From the NCBI GenBank assembly GCA_963823665.1, contig CAWGMQ010000010.1, forward strand, positions 1,088,001-1,152,000: a stretch of 64,000 nt of DNA. Direction: 5' to 3'. Of the stretch, positions 23,451-34,101 are shown piece after piece. The translations under genes and the position numbers were made by a program. Below the pieces are notes generated by a model that was not told the DNA's origin, ran no database searches, and saw only the letters and a list, made by a program, of their open reading frames with translations. The stretch comes from an uncultured Planctomycetota bacterium (GTDB lineage Bacteria; Planctomycetota; Planctomycetia; Isosphaerales; Isosphaeraceae). How positions within the stretch are numbered: position 1 is the stretch's first letter; each line of letters starts with the position of its first letter.

Positions 23451-23908
23451 GCAACGGAGGAACCTCGAACGGATTGCCCCCCACCGTCGACGTGGTGGTC
23501 GACGCCAGCGTCGCCGTGAAGTGGTTTGTCCCAGAGATCTACTCCGCTGAGGCGCTACGGTTGCTCGACGCGGGTGTTCGACGCCACATCCCCGTCCTGC
23601 TCCACACCGAGTTCGGCCAAACCATCTGGAAGAAGGTATATCAGCGAAAAGAGATAGTGCCGGCAGATGGCCGGTTGATTCTTCGTGGACTGATGGTGAC
23701 GCCGTTGGAGGTCCACGCCGTGATGCCACTGGTCGAACCCGCCTTCGACATCGCCTTGGGCACGGGCCGAACGGTTTACGACAGCATTTACCTTGCGCTG
23801 GCTGTTGCACTGGGCTGCAAGTTGGTGACGGCGGATCAGAAACTCTACAACGCCCTCCGAGCCAGTGTGTTCGCTGCTGATGTGACCTGGGTGGCCGACC
23901 CGATTTGA
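23447..23908 (+). CDS. vapC: PIN-domain VapC toxin
   Basis: VVVDASVAVKW, TVYDSIYLALA, LVTADQKL motifs. Confidence 0.9.
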   Translation: MSNGGTSNGLPPTVDVVVDASVAVKWFVPEIYSAEALRLLDAGVRRHIPVLLHTEFGQTIWKKVYQRKEIVPADGRLILRGLMVTPLEVHAVMPLVEPAFDIALGTGRTVYDSIYLALAVALGCKLVTADQKLYNALRASVFAADVTWVADPI

Positions 23909-24306
23909 GCGCCCTCAGACGTAGATTCTTTCATCGCTGACCCGAAAAACTCGCATGGATTCGTCGAGCTGACGTCAACCGACAATCGCCTGGCGAGCAC
24001 ATTCGACCTCCTCCATCAACTCGTCCACATCGACAACCGGCAACCGAAAGGGCCGGACACAGATAGGCCAAGCCTGAACCACGGCGCCACACCTCGACTC
24101 TACATCTCCAGGCATTGCCTGCCTGAGTGGCCATTGGGTGTGGCCGAGCGCGGACTTCAGCGGCATCCCGATCACCGAGCGACCGATCGAGGAGCGCTGC
24201 CGCGCGGTGTGGGTCATCAACATCGAACCCGGCCTGGTGGTGGCGTGTGTGATCTTCGAGGACGGTCGGGCGATCAAGCAAGGTGCGATTCACCCCAAGT
24301 CGCCAA

Positions 24307-24480
24307 TACCGAAGGTGGGACTTGAACCCACACCCTCTTGCAAGGACCGGATTTTGAGTCCGGGACGTCTGCCATCGGCCTGATATTGGCGACACGTTGC
24401 GGTGATACTTGAGGTACTTGATTTCGAGGCCGTTACGGTGCGGCCTCGATCTGCGCGTGTTGTCGCCACATTGGGCTGAC
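24307..24480 (-). repeat. tRNA-Leu(CAA) 3' fragment (24307-24374) plus arm; att-like copy A
   Basis: Reverse complement tggcagacgtcccggactcaaaatccggtccttgcaagagggtgtgggttcaagtcccaccttcggta; lacks 5' acceptor/D stem. Confidence 0.85.
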
Positions 24481-24792
24481 TCCTACCCGTTTGATTCCTT
24501 CTCTGGTCTGACGATCGACACTGGTGTGTTCAACAGCACTGACGGACAACTCGGAATCGCATTTACAACCACATCCACAGGATTCACGCAGGGTGGTTCT
24601 ACTAACAACATCGCGGGCATCTGGACTCCCTTAGCGGCCGTGCCCGAGCCCGCCTCAGCGATGCAGGCAGGAATCGCCGTTGCGATCGGCCTGGCGATGG
24701 CCGCGTTCCGCAAACGCAACGAGGCGACAGCGGCCAGTAAGGCCACTCGACGCAAACCAATAAGCGTTCGACTCGCACCAAGGCACGATTGA
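24481..24792 (+). pseudogene. 3' remnant of a PEP-CTERM surface protein
   Basis: ...AAVPEPASAMQAGIAVAIGLAMAAFRKR; no N-terminus, begins at the att arm. Confidence 0.7.
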
Positions 24793-25173
24793 TCGGTCGT
24801 GCTAAACACGTCGGCACCTACGGCCCGCCCGCGGGGGAGTCGCTGGGCGGCCATCAGCAGCGCCGCGGCCGCAGCCGATGTCGATGAGCCGCTCGTCGCC
24901 TTTGAGCTCAAGCCGATCGAGCAGCTCAGACCAGACGGCGAACTTGCCGGCGCGGGTGGCGTAGACGTAGCAGCCTGCGTTGAGAAACAGCCAGCGGGCG
25001 CCAAAGCCCAGGCCGGCAATGGAAATTCGGCACGGCACCACTGTCGCGCCCTCGCCGTGCCACAGCCGCCACACCAAGAGGGCAAGCAGGCAAGCGCCGC
25101 CGAGGACCATCAAGAGCGGAGCGTATGGTGCGTCGACGCCCTATGCGCCGCGGCGCGGCGGGATGGAGGTCAT
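24793..25173 (-). pseudogene. Truncated class I SAM methyltransferase
   Basis: MTSIPPRRGA*GVDAP..., LELKGDERLIDIGCGRGA; in-frame stop, frameshift, 3' truncation. Confidence 0.7.
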
Positions 25174-25228
25174 GGTAGGATCAACCGAGTGCGGGCGAGC
25201 CGCATCATATTCTTGGGGCGTGTGGCGT

Positions 25229-25252
25229 TAAAGGTTCCTGACACCTTTGTTC
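25229..25252. repeat. REP-like palindrome AAAGGTTCCTGACACCTTTGTTC (second copy 34851-34873)
   Basis: AAAGGT...ACCTTT inverted ends; near-identical copy aaaggtgtctgacacctttgttc. Confidence 0.65.
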
Positions 25253-25259
25253 TTTCCTG

Positions 25260-25470
25260 TGCAGCGGCCCCGCCGCCGCTACCGCGACGTGCTGCGCGCG
25301 CAGGTCGCCGCCACGCTTGAGAACCCGGACAAGGCGGCCGTCGAGGAGGAGCTCCGCGCCCTGTTCGCGGCCCTGGGGGGCTGACCGGAGCAAAAAATCG
25401 GCGCGCTGCGCGTCAGGTTCGGCGACGATTCCGTTACTTAGCGGGGTGGGCCCCGCGCCGCCCGCATGGG
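25260..25470 (+). pseudogene. Duplicated 3' end of the ECF sigma gene plus its downstream intergenic region
   Basis: Closely similar to 28409-28620 (RRYRDVLRxQVAATLExPDxAAVEEELRxLFAALGG*). Confidence 0.8.
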
Positions 25471-25592
25471 ACGGCCCCCAGAACCCAGGGCGGTACACGG
25501 CCGGCCAACGCCCGGGCGCTCGGTCTGCGCGCCTGCGGCGAACACGTTGCCATTACAACGCAGACGCATGGCACAAGGGGAGCAACAACACG

Positions 25593-27335
25593 ATGAGTTA
25601 CATCTTGAAGCGGGATCAGCGGAGCGGCGGGCGGGGTAGGTTCCACGGACGGCAACGGTGGCGAATGCGGCCGACGTTTCTGGAACTGGAGGGACGCGCG
25701 CTCTTGTCCACGATTGTCGTCAACAACCCCACCGACACGCCCGTCGCCGGCGAGACCGACCTGCGCCAGGCGATCGCCCTGGCGAATACGAACGGAGGAG
25801 CCGAGACGATCACGTTTGACAAAACGGTGTTCCGCACGCCGCAGACGATCAAACTTGATCCGGCCCTGGGCCAGCTCGGGCTGAGCGACCAGACCGGGAC
25901 CGAGACGATCACGGGCCCGAGGGCGGGCGTGACCGTAAAAGGCAACTACACGACGCCGGGCGTCACCAACAGTGTATTCGAGATCGAACCGGGCGCCACG
26001 GCAACTATTTCGGGCCTCACCATCACGGGCGGGAATAACAGCCACTACGGCGGTGGCGTCGACAACCAGGGCACGGTGACGCTCATCGACTGCACCGTCA
26101 GCGGCAACACATCCAATTACAGCGGCGTGTTCAATTACAAGTACGGCGGCGGCGGCGGCGTGTTCAATTCCGGCACGGCCGACCTCATCGGCTGCACGCT
26201 CAACGGAAATACCGCCTACAACAGAGCATACGAGTTCGGCGGCGGCTACGTCAACATCGCCGAGGGCGGAGGCGTGGAGAATTCCAGCACGGGGAGCCTG
26301 ACGCTGACCGGCTGCACCGTCAGCGGCAACTCCGCCGGCACGGGCGGCGGCGTATCGAGCTACGGCACGACGACGCTCACAGGCTGCACGATCAGCGGCA
26401 ACTTCGCGGCCTTCGGCGGCGGCGGCGTATCGAACTATTCCGGCACGACGACGCTCACAGGCTGCACGATCAGCGGCAACTCAGCAGCCTCGGGCGGCGG
26501 CGTGATCAACTACTTCGGCACAGCCACGCTCACCAATTGCACAATCGGCGGTAACACGGCAACGAAAAGCGGTCACTCCATCGGCGTTGCCGGCTATGGC
26601 ATCGGCGGCGGGTTGGACAACGCCGCCCCCAACGGCACGCTCAAGCTCACCAACTGCACCGTCAGCGGCAACTCCGCCGGCTTCGGCGGCGGGGTGGCCA
26701 GCGACTTTTATGGCGGCGCGGTCACGGTGACCAACTGCATCATTAGCAACAACCAGGCCACGGGCGTCAACGGCGAGGCATTGGGGGGCGGGATCTTCAT
26801 GGCGGCCGGGACTCTCGCGCTTTCCAGCAGCACGCTCGTTGGTAACTCGGCAACGGGCCCGAGTGTCGTCGGTGCCGGCGGCGGTGGTCTCGAGCTCGAA
26901 GGAGCGAGCGCGACCGTCACCAACACGACATTCCTGGGTAACATCGCCAAAGGCGGTGCCGGGGGAGCGGGAGCCAACGGCGGCGATGCCGTCGGCGGCG
27001 GGATTAACGTGGGCGGATCGACTCTGGATCTTTCCGGGGGCATGCTGATCGGCAATGTGGCCCAGGGCGGCGCGGGCGGCTCGGGAGCCAACGGCGGATT
27101 CGGCTACGGTGGGGGAATCTTCGTCAGCGCGGCTAGCTCGGCGACCCTCGAAGACACGGTCGTCAGCCTGAACCTGGCTTTGGGCGGCCTGGCCGGCGCC
27201 GGCGGTAGCGCAGGCGACGGCATCGGCGGCGGCCTCTACATCTGGCCCGGCGGCGTGGTTACCCTCAAGAAGACGACGGTCACGCTCAACTTCGCCTCCA
27301 CCAGCAACGACAACATCTATGGCACCGTGAGCTGA
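25593..27335 (+). CDS. Planctomycete secreted parallel beta-helix protein
   Basis: LELEGRALLS motif; repeated (L)TGCT(I/V)SGNxA..GGG units. Confidence 0.82.
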   Translation: MSYILKRDQRSGGRGRFHGRQRWRMRPTFLELEGRALLSTIVVNNPTDTPVAGETDLRQAIALANTNGGAETITFDKTVFRTPQTIKLDPALGQLGLSDQTGTETITGPRAGVTVKGNYTTPGVTNSVFEIEPGATATISGLTITGGNNSHYGGGVDNQGTVTLIDCTVSGNTSNYSGVFNYKYGGGGGVFNSGTADLIGCTLNGNTAYNRAYEFGGGYVNIAEGGGVENSSTGSLTLTGCTVSGNSAGTGGGVSSYGTTTLTGCTISGNFAAFGGGGVSNYSGTTTLTGCTISGNSAASGGGVINYFGTATLTNCTIGGNTATKSGHSIGVAGYGIGGGLDNAAPNGTLKLTNCTVSGNSAGFGGGVASDFYGGAVTVTNCIISNNQATGVNGEALGGGIFMAAGTLALSSSTLVGNSATGPSVVGAGGGGLELEGASATVTNTTFLGNIAKGGAGGAGANGGDAVGGGINVGGSTLDLSGGMLIGNVAQGGAGGSGANGGFGYGGGIFVSAASSATLEDTVVSLNLALGGLAGAGGSAGDGIGGGLYIWPGGVVTLKKTTVTLNFASTSNDNIYGTVS

Positions 27336-27344
27336 TGACCTGAA

Positions 27345-27400
27345 TGTGGGACGGCCGCCGCTATGACCGGACCGGACAGCCGGGGGCGGCTGTCCCACAT
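27345..27400. repeat. REP-like hairpin
   Basis: tgtgggac...ggacagccgggggcggctgtcccacat inverted repeat after the stop codon. Confidence 0.55.
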
Positions 27401-27783
27401 CGGTTGATTTTGACCTGTCGGGCGGATTAAACTTCGGGTCGACTATTCACTTGCCCGCTCGGGCGTAAAACTCGTGCCGGAAACGGAGCTGTCGATTCGG
27501 AGGGGGGAGGCATCTATAATCTCGGCACGTTTTCTATCGATACTCTCTCCGTGGTCATCGGCAACTTTGCCTCCACGAGCAACAATAATAAGTTCGGGGT
27601 CTGAATCATCTGGCGCGATTCTGGTAGGGTTCGACGGCTTCCGTTCGCCGCGGCAGGCGCGGCTCAACCTCGCGGCAGCATGGGGGGGTTGGATTGCCGG
27701 GCCGACATGCCGTACAGTGGGTTAAGGTGCCGGTCGGGACGGCGACGCGGACCCGCTCGGCCCGCGAACCCGAGAGGCCCGCC

Positions 27784-28534
27784 ATGTCCGACCCCGAGGC
27801 CAACCCCTCCCCGAAGGCGCCGTTCCCGACGACCCGCTGGAGCCGGGTGGCCGCGGCCGTCGACCCGGCCGAGCCCGGGGCCCGTGCGGCCCTGGAGGAG
27901 CTCTGCCGGGCCTACTGGTATCCGCTGTATGCCTTCATCCGCCGTCAGGGATGCCGGCCCGACGAGGCCGCCGACGTGACCCAGGAGTACTTCGTCCGGC
28001 TGCTCGACACCGGCCTCCTCGCCCATGCCGACCGCCGCAAGGGCCGCTTCCGGACCTTCCTCCGCACCGACTGCGGCTTCTTCCTGGCCCACCGGGCCCA
28101 ACGCGGCCGGGCCCGGAAGCGCGGCGGCGGGGCGGCGCCGCTCTCGATCGACGCCCGCGACGCGGAGGGCCGCTACCTTCGCGAGCCGGCCGACCCGGGC
28201 CTGACGCCGGACCGCCTCTTCGACCGGGCCTGGGCCGTGCGGCTGCTCGACGGCGTGCTGGAGCACCTGGCGGGCGAGTACGCCGACTCCGGCCGCGCCG
28301 CCCAGTTCGAGGCCCTCCAGGTCGTCCTCAGCGCGGTGCCCCGCTCGGTCCCCTATGCGACGCTGGCGGCCCGGCTCGGAACGACCGAGGGGGGCGTGCA
28401 GGCCGCCGTGCAGCGACTCCGCCGGCGCTGACCGCGACGTGCTGCGCGAGCAGGTCGCCGCCACGCTTGAGGACCCGGACGAGGCGGCCGTCGAGGAAGA
28501 GCTCCGCGACCTGTTCGCGGCTTTGGGGGGTTGA
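27784..28534 (+). CDS. ECF sigma factor, STK-associated type; +1 base near 28430
   Basis: FPTTRWS, ALEELCRAYWYPLY, KGRFRTFL, FDRAWA; cgctgaccgc versus cgctaccgc in the 25280 duplicate. Confidence 0.85.
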
Positions 28535-28630
28535 CCGGAAAAAAATCGTGGCCCCGCGCGTCACATTCGGCGACGATTCCGTCACTCAGCGAGGTGCGCC
28601 CCGTACCGCCTGCATGCGAGGACCTCCCTC

Positions 28631-31600
28631 ATGGCCACCGCCGCCCCCGACCGCTGCCCGAGCTGCGGCGCCCAGCGCCCCGCCGACGCCCCCCGCGGCC
28701 ACTGCCCCCGCTGCCTGCTGCGCCAGGGGCTCGACGGCGCCTCGCTGAGCCTCTCGCACGCCGGCGAGCTCGGCGCCGGCGTTGACTTCTGCGGCTCCCG
28801 CGTCCTGGAGACGCTCGCCGCGATCGTGGGCCCTGTGCCGCGCGTCCTGCTGCGCGATAGCGACGACGGTGCCGAGCCCCCCGTCCTCGTGTTGCCCGAC
28901 CGGGCCGCCGCCGACCCGTCGGTTCGCTACCGCATCGACGGCGAGATCGCCCGCGGCGGCATGGGCGAGGTGCTCAAGGGCCGCGACCCCGACCTCGGCC
29001 GCGACGTCGCCATCAAGGTCCTCCGCGACGACCTCAGCGGCCGCCGCGAGATGGTCCGCCGCTTCGTCGAGGAGGCGCAGATCGGCGGCCAGCTCCAGCA
29101 CCCGGGCATCGTCCCGGTCTACGAGCTGGGCACCTTCGCCGACCGCCGGCCGTTCTTCTCGATGAAGCTGGTCAAGGGCCAGACCCTCGCGCAACTGCTG
29201 GCCGCCCGGCCGTCGCCGGCCGACGGGCTGCCGCGGTCCCTGGGCATCTTCGAGCAGGTGGCGCAGACCGTGGCCTACGCGCACGCCCGGGGGGTGATCC
29301 ACCGGGACCTGAAGCCGTCGAACGTCATGGTCGGCTCGTTCGGCGAGGTCCAGGTCATGGACTGGGGCCTGGCCAAGGTGCTGCCCCGCGGCGGGGTAGC
29401 GGATGACGCGGCCGCCGGCCGGGAGCCCGATCGCGAGACGGTCATCGCCACGGTGCGCAGCAGTTTCGCCCCGGACGCGGAGCTGTCGCGGGCCGGCTCG
29501 GTGCTGGGCACCCCGTCCTACATGGCGCCGGAGCAGGCCCGGGGCGAGATCGCCGCGGTGGACGAACGGGCCGACGTCTTCGCCCTGGGCTCGATCCTCT
29601 GCGAGGTCCTGACCGGCTCGCCCGCGTTCACCGGCCGGACATCGGCCGAGACCCAGCATAAGGCCGCCCGCGGCGACACGGCCGAGGCGCTGCTTCGGCT
29701 CGACGCCTGCGGGGCCGACGCCGAGCTCGTGGTCCTGGCCCGCGACTGCCTGGCCGCCGAGCCGCCCGACCGGCCGCGCGACGCCGGGGCCGTCCGCGAG
29801 CGGATCACGGCGTACCTGGCCGGCGTGCAGGAGCGGCTCCACGCCGCCGAGATCGAGCGGGCGCGCGCAGAGGCCAGAGCCGCCGAGGAGCGGAGGCGGC
29901 GCCGGCTCCAGCTCGGCCTGGCCGCGTCGCTCTTGGCGCTGACGACCCTCGGTGGCCTGGCCTTCACCTACGAGCTGCAAAGGCGGCAGGCCCGCGCCGC
30001 GCGGGCCGACCGGCTGCTGACCGAGGCGACGTTGTTGCGCAACCAGGCCCGCGCGCAGCGCGAGGACGTCGCCCGCTGGGAGCGCGCCCGGGAGGCCCTG
30101 GACCGGATCGGCGAGGAGCTCGGCCCGTTGGTTTCGGCCCCGCTGGCGGCGATGCGCCGGGAAGTCGGGGCCGGGCTGGGGGCCGCCAAGGCCGACCGCG
30201 CGCTCCTGGATCGGCTGGTGGACATCCGCTCGGCCCAGGCCGACGACCCGGACGGCTCGGCCACCGACGCCGCATACGCCGACGCCTTCGCCGACGCCGG
30301 GATCGACCCCGACGGCGGCGACCCGGCCGGGGCCGGCGCCCGGGTCGCCGGCCGCCCGAAGCCGGTGGCCGCGGCCCTGGTCGCGGCGCTGGACCACTGG
30401 TCCGCCGTCCGCCGCGCCCGCCACCCGAAGGGCCCGGGCTGGGCCCGGCGGCTGGCCGCGGCCCGCGCCGCCGACCCCGACCCGGACCGCGACGCCCTGC
30501 GCGCGGCCCTGCTCGTGGAGGACAAGGCGGCGCGGCTGGGTCGGTTGCGGCCGCTGGCCGAGCGGGCCGACGCGGGGTCGTGGGCGCCGGCCAGCCTGGT
30601 CCTGCTGGGCGAGGCCCTGGCCGCCGCGGGCGACGCGGACGCGGGGATCGCGGTACTGCGGCGGGCTTCGTGGTCCCACCCGCAGGACGCCCGGGTCCAC
30701 TACGCGCTGGGCCAGTTGCTGGAGCGGGTGCGGCCGCCGCAGCCGGAGGAGGCGATCCGGGCTTACTCGCTCGCCTGGAGCCGGCAGCCGGAACTGGCCG
30801 GGCACGAGCTGGCCCACGCGCTGGAGCGGCGCGGCCGCGGAGCGGAGGCCGAGGCGGTCTGGCGCGACCTGGTCGGCCGCCGGCCCGACGACGGCCGCCA
30901 CCTGGGCTGCTATGGCCGCCACCTGACGGAGCGGGGCCGCGGAGCCGAGGCCGCCCCGATGCTCGACCGGGCGGTCGAAGCGTGCCGCGAGGCGATCCGG
31001 CTGCGGCCCGACGACCCCGTGGCCCGCAACAACCTCGGCAACGCCCTGCACATCTCGGGCGACCGGCCCGGGGCCATCGCCGAGTACCGCGAGGTGATCC
31101 GGCTGCGGCCCGACGACCCCCAGGCCCCCTATAACCTCGGCTTGGCCCTGGACGATTCGGGCGACCGGCCCGGGGCCATCGCCGAGTACCGCGAGGCGAT
31201 CCGGAGGAAACCCGACTACGCCGAGGCCCACACCAACCTCGGCTTGGCCCTGGAGGCCTCGGGCGACCGGCCCGGGGCGATCGCGGCGCTCCGCGAGGCG
31301 ATCCGGCTGAAGCCCGACCTGCCCCAAGCCCATTACAACCTCGGTTCAGCCCTGAACGACTCGGGTGATCGGCGCGGGGCGATCGCGGCGCTCCGCGAGG
31401 CGATCCGGCTGAAGCCCGACGACGCCTTGGCCCACAGCAAACTCGGCCTGGTCCTGGACGACTCGGGCGACCGGGCCGGGGCGATCGCCGAGTACCGCGA
31501 GGCGATCCGGCTGCGGCCCGACGACCCCGTGGCCCACAACAACCTCGGCTTCGCCCTGGACGCCTCGGACGACCGGCCCGGGGCGGTCGCCGAGTACCGC

Positions 31601-32488
31601 GAGGCGATCCGGCTGAAGCCCGACATGCCCCAAGCCCATGCCAACCTCGGCTTCGCCCTGGAGGCCTCGGGCGACCGGCCCGGGGCGATCGCCGAGTACC
31701 GCGAGGCGATCCGGCTGAAGCCCGCCGCCGAGGCCCACACCAACCTCGGCGACGCCCTGCGCACCTCGGGCGACCTGCCCGGCGCGGTCGCGTCGTATCG
31801 TGAGGCGATCCGGCTGAAGCCCGACTACGCCGAGGCCCACTGCAACCTCGGGCTCGCCCTGCGGCAGCAGGGGCTGTACGCCGAGTCACTGGCCGAGTTC
31901 CGCGTAGGACACGAGCTCGGCTCGAAGCGGGCCGACTGGCGCTACCCGTCGGCCAAGTGGGTCGCCCGGGCCGAGCAGCTCGCCGCCCTCGCCGACCGCC
32001 TGCCGGCTATCCTCCGAGGCGACGACCGCCCCGCGGACAACGCCGAGCGCCTGGCCCTGGCCTCGATTTTCTACGCCACGAAGCGTCACGCCGCCGCCGC
32101 CCGGCGCTGGGCCGAGGCGTTCGAGGCCGACCCGAAGCTCGCCGACGATCTGCCGGCCGCCCGCCGCTACGCCGCCGCCTGCGCCGCGGCGCTGGCCGGT
32201 TGCGGGCGGGGCAAGGATGACCCGCCGCCCGATGAGTCGGCCCGCGCCGAGCTCCGCGGCCGGGCCCTGGACTGGCTCCGGGCCGACCTGGCGCTGCACC
32301 GCAAGCAGCTCGACACCGACGCCGCCGCGTGCCGCCGGGCCCTGGACCACTGGCGAATGGACCCCGACCTGGCCGGCGTCCGCGACGTCGCCGCCCTGGC
32401 GGCCCTGCCGGAGGCCGAGCGCGACGAGTGGCGGGCCCTCTGGGTCGAGGTGAACCGCCTGCTGAAGGGAGCGGGAAAGGCCCCCTGA
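28631..32488 (+). CDS. Ser/Thr protein kinase with N-terminal zinc ribbon, TM segment and TPR array
   Basis: CPSC..CPRC; GGMGEV, VAIK, HRDLKPSN, DWG, YMAPE; about nine 34-aa REAIRLxPD repeats. Confidence 0.93.
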   Translation: MATAAPDRCPSCGAQRPADAPRGHCPRCLLRQGLDGASLSLSHAGELGAGVDFCGSRVLETLAAIVGPVPRVLLRDSDDGAEPPVLVLPDRAAADPSVRYRIDGEIARGGMGEVLKGRDPDLGRDVAIKVLRDDLSGRREMVRRFVEEAQIGGQLQHPGIVPVYELGTFADRRPFFSMKLVKGQTLAQLLAARPSPADGLPRSLGIFEQVAQTVAYAHARGVIHRDLKPSNVMVGSFGEVQVMDWGLAKVLPRGGVADDAAAGREPDRETVIATVRSSFAPDAELSRAGSVLGTPSYMAPEQARGEIAAVDERADVFALGSILCEVLTGSPAFTGRTSAETQHKAARGDTAEALLRLDACGADAELVVLARDCLAAEPPDRPRDAGAVRERITAYLAGVQERLHAAEIERARAEARAAEERRRRRLQLGLAASLLALTTLGGLAFTYELQRRQARAARADRLLTEATLLRNQARAQREDVARWERAREALDRIGEELGPLVSAPLAAMRREVGAGLGAAKADRALLDRLVDIRSAQADDPDGSATDAAYADAFADAGIDPDGGDPAGAGARVAGRPKPVAAALVAALDHWSAVRRARHPKGPGWARRLAAARAADPDPDRDALRAALLVEDKAARLGRLRPLAERADAGSWAPASLVLLGEALAAAGDADAGIAVLRRASWSHPQDARVHYALGQLLERVRPPQPEEAIRAYSLAWSRQPELAGHELAHALERRGRGAEAEAVWRDLVGRRPDDGRHLGCYGRHLTERGRGAEAAPMLDRAVEACREAIRLRPDDPVARNNLGNALHISGDRPGAIAEYREVIRLRPDDPQAPYNLGLALDDSGDRPGAIAEYREAIRRKPDYAEAHTNLGLALEASGDRPGAIAALREAIRLKPDLPQAHYNLGSALNDSGDRRGAIAALREAIRLKPDDALAHSKLGLVLDDSGDRAGAIAEYREAIRLRPDDPVAHNNLGFALDASDDRPGAVAEYREAIRLKPDMPQAHANLGFALEASGDRPGAIAEYREAIRLKPAAEAHTNLGDALRTSGDLPGAVASYREAIRLKPDYAEAHCNLGLALRQQGLYAESLAEFRVGHELGSKRADWRYPSAKWVARAEQLAALADRLPAILRGDDRPADNAERLALASIFYATKRHAAAARRWAEAFEADPKLADDLPAARRYAAACAAALAGCGRGKDDPPPDESARAELRGRALDWLRADLALHRKQLDTDAAACRRALDHWRMDPDLAGVRDVAALAALPEAERDEWRALWVEVNRLLKGAGKAP

Positions 32489-32691
32489 GCGTTCCGGGCG
32501 CAATTCCTCCGCGGCCGGGCCCGCGCCGGAATGCACTCGCTGACGCTTCGGGCTCGTAGGATCCGATCTTCGCGTTGCCAGTGGTTCGGGGGCAATTTTT
32601 GCCCGCCGGTCGCGCTAGCGACCGCCCCTGGTTGACGGAGCACACGCCTGTGGTCCCCGGAGAGGAAGGACACGCATCGCATTGGATGGCT

Positions 32692-32805
32692 CCGTCGACT
32701 ACCGCCGCACGGATGCGTCGACCCTTGAGGAACCGGGTCCTGTAATTCGAGCCAGGGCGCGGCTCCAGGTGTTGATAGTGTGTTTCGGTACTGGGCGTCG
32801 TGACG
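32692..32805 (-). pseudogene. Partial duplicate of the 5' half of the 33799-34092 antitoxin gene
   Basis: gtaattcgagccagggcgcggctccaggtgttgata shared with 34032-34067. Confidence 0.7.
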
Positions 32806-32822
32806 CGTCCTTTGTCTTCGGA

Positions 32823-33587
32823 CTATGTTGACGTGCTTTCTTGAATCTCGATCCTTCTGAGTAAATCATCGGTGTGATCTTCCAGAGGCAACGGAGGCTC
32901 TCCGAGGGCGGTTCGTACTCGCGTGCGCGCGAGTTCGTGCGCCAGTTTCGGGAGCTTGCCTGCGACCGCGGTTGTGCGCAGACGATCGTCCATCGACTTC
33001 GCGAAGTCGAGTCGCACCCGCGCGGGATCGGCCGAGATGCCGAGGATCGTGCCGCACATTCGCCGGATTTGCTTCTCCCTTCTCGTCATCTGAAGTGGGA
33101 ACAGATAGGTGCCTAAACCGAGGGCCGTTCCGATCGCTAGACAGGCGCCGGTGCACATGACAATCAACCGCTTTTCGTCGTCGAACGGTTCGCCAGTCAA
33201 CCACGTTATGAACATCGTGAACGTGCCCATGAAGCCGCCGATGGCGATCGCGCCCAGGACACCGCGGGCATAGGCCATGACGACGGACAGCTTGTTAACG
33301 CGCGCGAGCGGAATTCCCTTGATGTTCGCCCAGTGGGCCCGGGCGATGAATGGAATGCCTTCCGAAGTCGACTCGCCGAGTCGGATCAGATAGAACGATT
33401 CGAGCGGAAGAACCGGGAACAGCGAAACCATGAAGAATTTGGTGACGATCGGCATCGAGCCAACTTTCTTGACACGACCATACGTATCTGAACCGATATG
33501 CACGTGATACATAAACCGGACTGTGTTCGATGGCGCGGCAGGAAGAGAGACGGGGCATGAGCCTTGACGCATGAGGCAACCGGCCAT
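32823..33587 (-). CDS. Hypothetical membrane protein
   Basis: YGRVKKV...IVTKFFMVSLFPVLPLESF; two C-terminal TM helices; true start probably downstream of the ORF start. Confidence 0.6.
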   Translation of the reverse strand: MAGCLMRQGSCPVSLPAAPSNTVRFMYHVHIGSDTYGRVKKVGSMPIVTKFFMVSLFPVLPLESFYLIRLGESTSEGIPFIARAHWANIKGIPLARVNKLSVVMAYARGVLGAIAIGGFMGTFTMFITWLTGEPFDDEKRLIVMCTGACLAIGTALGLGTYLFPLQMTRREKQIRRMCGTILGISADPARVRLDFAKSMDDRLRTTAVAGKLPKLAHELARTRVRTALGEPPLPLEDHTDDLLRRIEIQESTST

Positions 33588-33665
33588 GGATCACTGGCGA
33601 AGCCAGTGGCACCCACCTCAGTCGGATGATTGTGCAATGGTATTTAGAAGTCGCTGGCGGACTAC

Positions 33666-33802
33666 TCATCGCCACTCGTTCAGTGGGTGAATCCGGTCGA
33701 GTATCGGAATGCCGGAAGACTCCAGCTTGCTGATCGCGGTTGCGATTCCCCGATCGGTCAGGTTGTGACGCCGACGAGGTTTTCGTCGAGCAGGAATTTC
33801 AT
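33666..33802 (-). pseudogene. DUF5615-like PIN toxin with internal deletion
   Basis: MKFLLDENL fused to RHNLTDRGIATAISKLESSG...LNEWR*; overlaps antitoxin stop. Confidence 0.65.
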
Positions 33803-34092
33803 TCCGGCGGTGGATCGAGGAGACCTCGGGCGCGGAGCCGGGAGGCCTCGCGGTCCCGCTCTTGCTCGATGAGCGGCCGGTTCTTTGCCACATAGTCGAG
33901 AGCCTCGATGACCGCCTCGAGGGGGACTTGATACTCCCGGGCGAGTTCTTCCGGCGTGAATGGATCAGGACCGCGGATGGCCTCGTCGACCACCACCGCT
34001 CGGATCCGTCGACCTTTGAGGAATAGGCTCCGGTAATTCGAGCCAGGGCGCGGCTCCAGGTGTTGATACTGTGTTTTTCTCTTGGGCGTCAT
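33799..34092 (-). CDS. DUF433-like antitoxin
   Basis: FLKGRRIRA...TPEELAREYQVPLEAVIEALDY. Confidence 0.75.
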   Translation of the reverse strand: MTPKRKTQYQHLEPRPGSNYRSLFLKGRRIRAVVVDEAIRGPDPFTPEELAREYQVPLEAVIEALDYVAKNRPLIEQERDREASRLRARGLLDPPPE

Positions 34093-34101
34093 GACGCCTC
34101 T

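Noticed and set aside
23931..24300. ORFs between vapC and att copy A
   Set aside because: They look like unassignable fragments on both strands; no supportable call.
30980..31860. 102-bp tandem repeats as a CRISPR or DGR-like array
   Set aside because: They are in-frame TPR units of the kinase; no reverse transcriptase is present.
28586..31889. Long antisense ORFs (915 aa, 641 aa) and similar shadows such as 62224-63993 and 207-1523
   Set aside because: Shadow frames of high-GC repetitive genes with no protein-like motifs.
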